NCBI RefSeq assembly: GCF_000015945.1
Contig: NC_009033.1
Span: 600,001-632,000 of the forward strand
Length of the DNA: 32,000 nucleotides
Direction of reading: 5' to 3'
Origin: Staphylothermus marinus F1
GTDB taxonomy: Archaea > Thermoproteota > Thermoprotei_A > Sulfolobales > Desulfurococcaceae
The notes beneath the pieces are model-generated. The model worked only from the letters and a program-made list of their open reading frames with translations, was not told where the DNA came from and made no database searches. The position numbers and the translations under genes are program-made. Positions 27,001-32,000 of the stretch are shown here, piece by piece (within the stretch, counting starts at the first letter, position 1; the number at the start of each line of letters is the position of its first letter).

Positions 27001-27213
27001 TCAGATCCTATTTCTTTCAAGCACTTTTATAATGCTTAAAGCTACTCTTCTACTCTTAGTCCTTATAATTATTTCATCGCCTATTTCGATCAATTCTATT
27101 TGTTTCCGATATCTTTTTACAATAATACTAGCTAGGCTCTGTGGAGCTTTAACTATATAGTATCCCTCAGGGTCTCTTGGGCCTAGAAGATTTTTAGTCA
27201 TCTCCGCCCACAA
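27001..27213 (-). CDS. Small hypothetical protein (70 aa)
   Basis: An open frame with a basic, beta-rich sequence (YYIVKAPQSLASIIVKRYRKQIELIEIGDEIIIRTK). I do not recognise a family. The coding status is uncertain. Confidence 0.35.
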   Translation of the reverse strand: MWAEMTKNLLGPRDPEGYYIVKAPQSLASIIVKRYRKQIELIEIGDEIIIRTKSRRVALSIIKVLERNRI

Positions 27214-27371
27214 TATGTTTGAATCAGTTGATTAGCTAATATAAAATATGTTAACTTAACTTGTTAAATTGGGGAAAATTTTCGAGGCTTCTAAGATACT
27301 TAGCTAATTTAACATCCACTTCGTACAAGTATTTATCGAAGTAAGTATTAAAGATCATTAGTAAGTTTCCC

Positions 27372-27385
27372 AGTAAGTTTATATA
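27372..27385 (+). promoter_or_regulatory. BRE/TATA-like promoter upstream of repeated element copy B
   Basis: The sequence is AGTAAGTTTATATA. An 8-bp TATA at 27378-27385 predicts a TSS near G27410, which is where the conserved core of the element begins. Confidence 0.4.
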
Positions 27386-27553
27386 GTGGTTGCCCATGCT
27401 TTATTGTTTGCACGGGCTTCCCCCTCTTGGGTTGGGGCTTCATCCCTTCATTGAGGGGGCTATCGGGGCTCCACACAGACCACTTTTGAGCCCTTCATCC
27501 GCATTTCCCAAATCATTAACCATTATATTAGTGAGGGTTTATAAAGCGAACCC
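27386..27553 (+). ncRNA. GC-rich repeated element, copy B: candidate stand-alone structured small RNA (family not recognised)
   Basis: It is homologous to the pyrB-pyrI spacer. The core 27410-27483 is about 64% GC and 64/74 identical to copy A. Potential helices are 27420-27426/27453-27459 and 27466-27471/27488-27493. Short T-tracts lie downstream at 27574-27577 and 27583-27586. The repeat itself is certain; RNA status is inferred. Confidence 0.45.
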
Positions 27554-27920
27554 AATAATTAAAACAATCATGGTTTTCACAATTTTCCAAAACAACCATG
27601 GTATAGTATCCAAATAAGCAAATAGTCTCTAATGCCGTATAGAAATATATCATTGCCTCTTTTCTTAACATCGTTATACAAGTTTTCAACACAATTGTTT
27701 GATTTATATTCATCGACGATTTCTTGTTCTAATAGTAGCTTCTATTTTTCTAGGTCAATATTACGTATTATATCAACTATATTATCAACCACAAGATCAT
27801 ATAGAGACATTTTCATCAACCACATAGATTAGATATTTTCATTTAATCAAAAAGTTTTCTTTAAATCTAAACTAGTATTAATTAAGCTCGATAAGATTAG
27901 ATATAGTTGAGGGGAAATCA

Positions 27921-28292
27921 ATGGATATTAGACGAGTTCTCGAGTCAGAAAATGATCCGGATAAGCTTCTGGGAGATATTCTGAGAGTACTGGCTATGTA
28001 TAGGAAGCTATGGGTTTCAGAAATAATTAGTGAGATAGCTTCTCTCAGGAAAACTCTTGGCGAAGAAGAGGTTGGCGAGGAGCAGGTTCGCGAAGCATTG
28101 TATAAGCTTATGAATGAAAACATAGTGGTGGGAGATAGGAGAACGAGGACAACTTTTAGAGGTAGTGTTGAAGAATATCTTGTAGAGCTTAATATAACAT
28201 CGGATCTAGCTAATTTAATTAATAGAGATGAGAGGCTTAGAAAATATCTCACCGAGAAATATGAAGCTCTTAAACAATTAAGTGAGAAATAA
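27921..28292 (+). CDS. Small hypothetical protein, possible winged-helix DNA-binding fold
   Basis: 123 aa with an ATG preceded by GAGGGG. A helical N-terminal half (LRVLAMYRKLWVSEIISEIASL) is followed by a beta-hairpin-like segment (IVVGDRRTRTTFRG). This is a pattern-level guess only. Confidence 0.4.
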   Translation: MDIRRVLESENDPDKLLGDILRVLAMYRKLWVSEIISEIASLRKTLGEEEVGEEQVREALYKLMNENIVVGDRRTRTTFRGSVEEYLVELNITSDLANLINRDERLRKYLTEKYEALKQLSEK

Positions 28293-28385
28293 ATAGTTCT
28301 AGTTTAAACCGCTAAACGCTATATTTACCTATCACAATTAATGAATGATTGATAAATAAAAGAATATGTTTGACAATTAAATGTT

Positions 28386-29120
28386 TTGGTGTGCTCGAGT
28401 TTGAGTAGTAGGAAAAAACTGCCTGACTACGTTATTGATGCTGTTTCTAAGAGGATTGCCGGCGATATCCTTCTAAGCGATGAACCGGGGAAATATATTA
28501 GGAAATGGCGCGAAATCTATGGGCTTGGACAAATAGATGTTGCGAGATTAATGGGTGTATCTTATAGTGTCTTAAGTGATTATGAGAGGGGTAAAAGAGC
28601 GGCTGGCAGATCATTTATACGTAAATTTATATTAGCACTTATGAAGTATGATTCGGAGAGAGGATGGATTGTTACTCGGAGAATTGCTAGATTACTAAGT
28701 ATTTATATTGAGGGAATACTTGATATAGGCGAGTTCAGAGAACCCTTGAGACTCGATGATTTAGTAACTATGGTTAAAGGTATTCTTTTAACTTCAAATA
28801 TCGAGCATAGACCAATACTTGGATACACCGTTCTAGATAGCGTTGCAACTATACAATCAATAACAGCGAACGAGTTTGTGCGAATACTTGGTGCTACAAG
28901 TGATCGAGTAGTTGTATTCACAAATATTACGAGAGGAAGATCTGTAATGGTTGCAACAAGAGTTTCACCTGTTAAACCAAGCGTCATAGTTCTACACGGG
29001 ATCAAGAAGGTTGATCCACTAGCTATTAGAATAGGGGATATAGAGAACATTCCACTGATACAGTCAACAATTGATATTGAAGAAGTAATTAAAAGTTTTA
29101 GACAAAGATCCTTAATCTAG
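28386..29120 (+). CDS. Archaeal HTH (XRE/cro-C1 type) transcriptional regulator with a C-terminal uncharacterised domain (COG1395-like)
   Basis: 244 aa. IRKWREIYGLGQIDVARLMGVSYSVLSDYERGKR is a clear HTH_3 motif, followed by a conserved domain of about 150 aa. The start is uncertain (TTG 28386, GTG 28389). Confidence 0.65.
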   Translation: MVCSSLSSRKKLPDYVIDAVSKRIAGDILLSDEPGKYIRKWREIYGLGQIDVARLMGVSYSVLSDYERGKRAAGRSFIRKFILALMKYDSERGWIVTRRIARLLSIYIEGILDIGEFREPLRLDDLVTMVKGILLTSNIEHRPILGYTVLDSVATIQSITANEFVRILGATSDRVVVFTNITRGRSVMVATRVSPVKPSVIVLHGIKKVDPLAIRIGDIENIPLIQSTIDIEEVIKSFRQRSLI

Positions 29121-29123
29121 TGA

Positions 29124-31214
29124 TCATATATTACAAGGTTTAGAACCTAGTATTAAAAAACCATATCCTCTAAGTAATACATTATTCTCCACGTGTTGAT
29201 CTATGTTTTTCTCATTATAAATATCAAAACTATATTTTCCAAGTTTTTTCAGATCAACACTAATATCTTTACTGGAAACATTTAGGAGAAAAATTATTTC
29301 CTCATTATTAATCCACCTCTTTATAAATAATAGATTACTTCCTAGATTCTCCACCAAGAAATAACCGTGCCTCATTGATCTACATGATTTATATATTCTT
29401 ATTAGTTTCTTAATATGCTCATATAATTCTAAATCCCAATTTCCACGATCCCAGATCATAGGTCTACGATTATCTGGATCCCTTCCTCCCTCCAACCCTA
29501 TTTCATCACCATAATAGATAACGGGAGAGCCGGGTAATGCGAAAATTAATACATACATTAGCTTTAACAATTTATTGTTCTGAACCATTGATTTTATACG
29601 TGGAACATCATGTGATCCAAGCATGTTATATAGTGATAATGCTTTATAGTGGGGTATATATGCATATACATTGTTTATTCTGGAAATAAATTCGTTCAAA
29701 TCTATCCTCTTATAAATAAGTAGTTCTAGAATGGCTTTCCTCAAATAATAATTCATTGCTGAGTCGAAATAATCCATGTATATGCGTGGATTCTCAGCTA
29801 GCTCGCCCAGAACTAGAAAGTCTGGATAAGTATTCTTTATATATTCATAGTATTGCTTCATCCATGAATAATGAATACCCATTGCAACATCTATTCTGAA
29901 ACCATCTATTCCCTTATCAATCCAGAACTTGGTGATATCGATGAAGTAATCTACTGTTCTGGGATTATCATGATTGAACTTTGCCATTAACCAGATATTA
30001 AAGAATGCTTCATAAAATGGCTTATTATTCCTGAAATAGTCTAGCTTATATAGTTCTCTTGAACGGCATTCTTCTCCATCAATATATTTTAGCATTAGCT
30101 CAACTATTTCTTTGGGTGGAGGCGAGAGGAAGCTGAACATTTCCCAGTATGGAGAATTCTCTCCTTCTCTTAGTGCTTTAACAAATAATTCATTGCATGG
30201 ATTAGTATGATGCATGGTAATGTCTAGTACGATCTTTATTTTTCTACTATGTAATACTTGAACAAGCTTTTCGAAATCCTCCATTGTGCCTAAATACTTG
30301 TCTATCGATTTATAGTCGATCGTATCATATCTATGATAGCTTGTGGAGGAAAATATTGGTGTTAAATAAATTGTTTCAACACCTAGATCCTCTAAGTGAT
30401 CAATATGTTTCATGATGCCTGCTAAGTCTCCTCCATAATATCCATACTCTCTCGGCACAGTTTTCTTTATCCTATTTGGAGGATCATTATTGGGGTCTCC
30501 ATTATCAAAGCTATCAATAAATATTTGATAATACACTGTGCCCATATACCATCTAGGCTTATCTACTCCGGGAATATACTTGGAATTTACGACAATATAG
30601 GAAGAATTCTCTGAAACTCCTTCATCGCCATAAAATAATTTCTTATCATTATAGTTGAAGATGAAGCGGTAGCGTAGAATGCTTCTACTAGGTATAATGT
30701 ATTGATAAACTATATTGTCTCCAACAACATGTTTTGTTAGGGGTTCTCTTATTTCGTTTCCTAAATCTATTAATGGCTCATTTATTTCTGTTGGAGCTAT
30801 GAGTCTAATTATGATTTCGCCATTGAATTTATGAATGAATCCAGATTCTTCTATGTGTATGATTTTATCAAGAGGGTTATCTGGTTCTTTAATAACTAGT
30901 TTTGACAAGCATTTTTTATATTCTGGGAAGAACGAGGTGTGTACGCATTTTTTCTCTTCATTATCTGGATCAAGGACGTTTTCAAAATCATTATCTATTT
31001 GAAATCCGTAACCATATTCTCCAGGCCATAGTTTCAAATATACAATACCTTGTTCTTCGATCTTTCTAAGTTTTACGAAGCCTGGATAGAGGCTTGTGAA
31101 TTCTCCTATTAAATAAATATTTTTCGCGTATTGAGGCCAGTGCCTTGTAAACTTGACTATATATCTTCCCTTCCTCCCCTTACCATATATTTCTCTTCCA
31201 ATAATTTTGTACAT
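29124..31214 (-). CDS. GH13 alpha-amylase family enzyme, cyclomaltodextrinase / maltogenic amylase / neopullulanase type, with a long N-terminal extension
   Basis: 696 aa. The four GH13 conserved regions are present: VLDITMHHTN (I), GFRIDVAMG (II, nucleophile Asp), VLGELAE (III, acid/base Glu) and LGSHDVPR (IV). About 220 aa of N-terminal beta-rich domains precede the barrel. Confidence 0.9.
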   Translation of the reverse strand: MYKIIGREIYGKGRKGRYIVKFTRHWPQYAKNIYLIGEFTSLYPGFVKLRKIEEQGIVYLKLWPGEYGYGFQIDNDFENVLDPDNEEKKCVHTSFFPEYKKCLSKLVIKEPDNPLDKIIHIEESGFIHKFNGEIIIRLIAPTEINEPLIDLGNEIREPLTKHVVGDNIVYQYIIPSRSILRYRFIFNYNDKKLFYGDEGVSENSSYIVVNSKYIPGVDKPRWYMGTVYYQIFIDSFDNGDPNNDPPNRIKKTVPREYGYYGGDLAGIMKHIDHLEDLGVETIYLTPIFSSTSYHRYDTIDYKSIDKYLGTMEDFEKLVQVLHSRKIKIVLDITMHHTNPCNELFVKALREGENSPYWEMFSFLSPPPKEIVELMLKYIDGEECRSRELYKLDYFRNNKPFYEAFFNIWLMAKFNHDNPRTVDYFIDITKFWIDKGIDGFRIDVAMGIHYSWMKQYYEYIKNTYPDFLVLGELAENPRIYMDYFDSAMNYYLRKAILELLIYKRIDLNEFISRINNVYAYIPHYKALSLYNMLGSHDVPRIKSMVQNNKLLKLMYVLIFALPGSPVIYYGDEIGLEGGRDPDNRRPMIWDRGNWDLELYEHIKKLIRIYKSCRSMRHGYFLVENLGSNLLFIKRWINNEEIIFLLNVSSKDISVDLKKLGKYSFDIYNEKNIDQHVENNVLLRGYGFLILGSKPCNI

Positions 31215-31247
31215 CTTCTATACAGCCATTCTAGAATTGTTTCTTTT

Positions 31248-32000
31248 TCATCTTGTTTTCCACCAGATTTTAGATAATATGTATTTTTCTAAATCCTCCA
31301 CAGTAATTATTCCTGCATATTTGCCTTTCTCATATTTTAAGATTAGTGCTTCAACATTATATCTTGATAATAATCTGATTGTTTCTTTAATCGTAATATT
31401 TTTATCGATTACGGGAATAGGATTTACTATATTAGGTGTTATCACTAATTCTTTTGTTTTTATTAGCTTTTTAACATCAATGGCACCTATTGGTGTATGG
31501 TTTTCATCTACGACCGGTATATGGGTATAGTTCGAGTTTATATAGATATGATATGCTTTATCCAATGGTTCCCCGAGTAGTAATGGTATTGGAACACTAT
31601 GTATTGCGTTGTGGATTTTTGCACTTAATATTTTGGGGTCTATTGAGTTAGCTATGTAAGCTACTGTAATTATTCGCTCTATTGATGCTCTTAACCTAGT
31701 TGTTCTCTGTGTTTTATATAGTACAGTGTTCCCTATGAGTTCGCGGACTATGAATGATGATAGAATTGCTGGAAAGATCAATGAATAGCTACCAGAGATC
31801 TCTGTTACTAATATACTTATTCCTAATGGTGCTGTTGAGGCTGCACCATAAAAGGCTGCAATTCCAGCATATACGTATACGAGTGGAGGTAATGATGATA
31901 GGTACCTACCTATAAATGAGTAAAATATTAGACCAGATAATCCTCCAATAAATAGGCTGGGTCCAAAATATCCAGCACTAGCACCTGATCTTATTGTTGC
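31248..32000 (-). CDS. ClC-type chloride channel, C-terminal part with a CBS pair (gene runs off the right edge)
   Basis: The minus frame stays open upstream of the tracked ORF (31248..31781) to the window end. It reads ...SGASAGYFGPSLFIGGLSGLIFYSFIGRY...AAFYGAASTAPLGISILVTEISGSY (ClC GxFxP and helix-R region). Two CBS motifs follow (PIGAIDVKKLI, YAGIITVEDLEKYI). Confidence 0.8.
   Translation of the reverse strand, partial: ATIRSGASAGYFGPSLFIGGLSGLIFYSFIGRYLSSLPPLVYVYAGIAAFYGAASTAPLGISILVTEISGSYSLIFPAILSSFIVRELIGNTVLYKTQRTTRLRASIERIITVAYIANSIDPKILSAKIHNAIHSVPIPLLLGEPLDKAYHIYINSNYTHIPVVDENHTPIGAIDVKKLIKTKELVITPNIVNPIPVIDKNITIKETIRLLSRYNVEALILKYEKGKYAGIITVEDLEKYILSKIWWKTR

Overview
AT-rich (about 35% GC) archaeal chromosome segment with crenarchaeal hallmarks. 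tRNA genes carry introns at position 37/38, tRNA-Tyr has a C1-G72 pair, the CRISPR repeat is 25 nt and Sulfolobus-like, genes are tightly packed with overlapping start/stop codons, GGTGA-type Shine-Dalgarno (SD) motifs are common, and many starts are GTG or TTG. My guess is a Desulfurococcales hyperthermophile (Staphylothermus-like); this is inference and cannot be verified here.

Content from left to right:
- a partial DNA methyltransferase
- a beta-propeller/FN3/Thr-rich surface protein
- a 5-repeat orphan CRISPR array with its leader
- a CopB-type (CPH) P1B-ATPase
- a C69/secernin-like peptidase
- a ferritin-like protein
- an HD hydrolase
- a second, atypical (CPS) P1B-ATPase coupled to an aldo/keto reductase
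- a COG3044 ABC-class ATPase
- a long minus-strand pyrimidine cluster (pyrG-pyrF-pyrE, then pyrB-spacer-pyrI-pyrK-pyrC-pyrD)
- a purine phosphoribosyltransferase
- a GT-C-like membrane protein
- tRNA-Glu
- an 8xCBS protein
- tRNA-Gly (25-nt intron)
- a translin-like protein
- tRNA-Tyr (93-nt intron)
- a TIM-barrel-like unknown
- small putative regulators
- a GH13 maltogenic-amylase/cyclomaltodextrinase-like enzyme
- a partial ClC channel

The most interesting signal is a GC-rich 170-190 nt element present in two diverged copies. One fills the unusual 199-bp gap between pyrB and pyrI, in sense orientation. The other stands alone behind a BRE/TATA-like promoter at about 27.4 kb. Conservation is at the nucleotide level rather than the protein level, so this is a candidate unrecognised structured RNA or repeat family. 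No cas genes, integrases or transposases are visible in the window.
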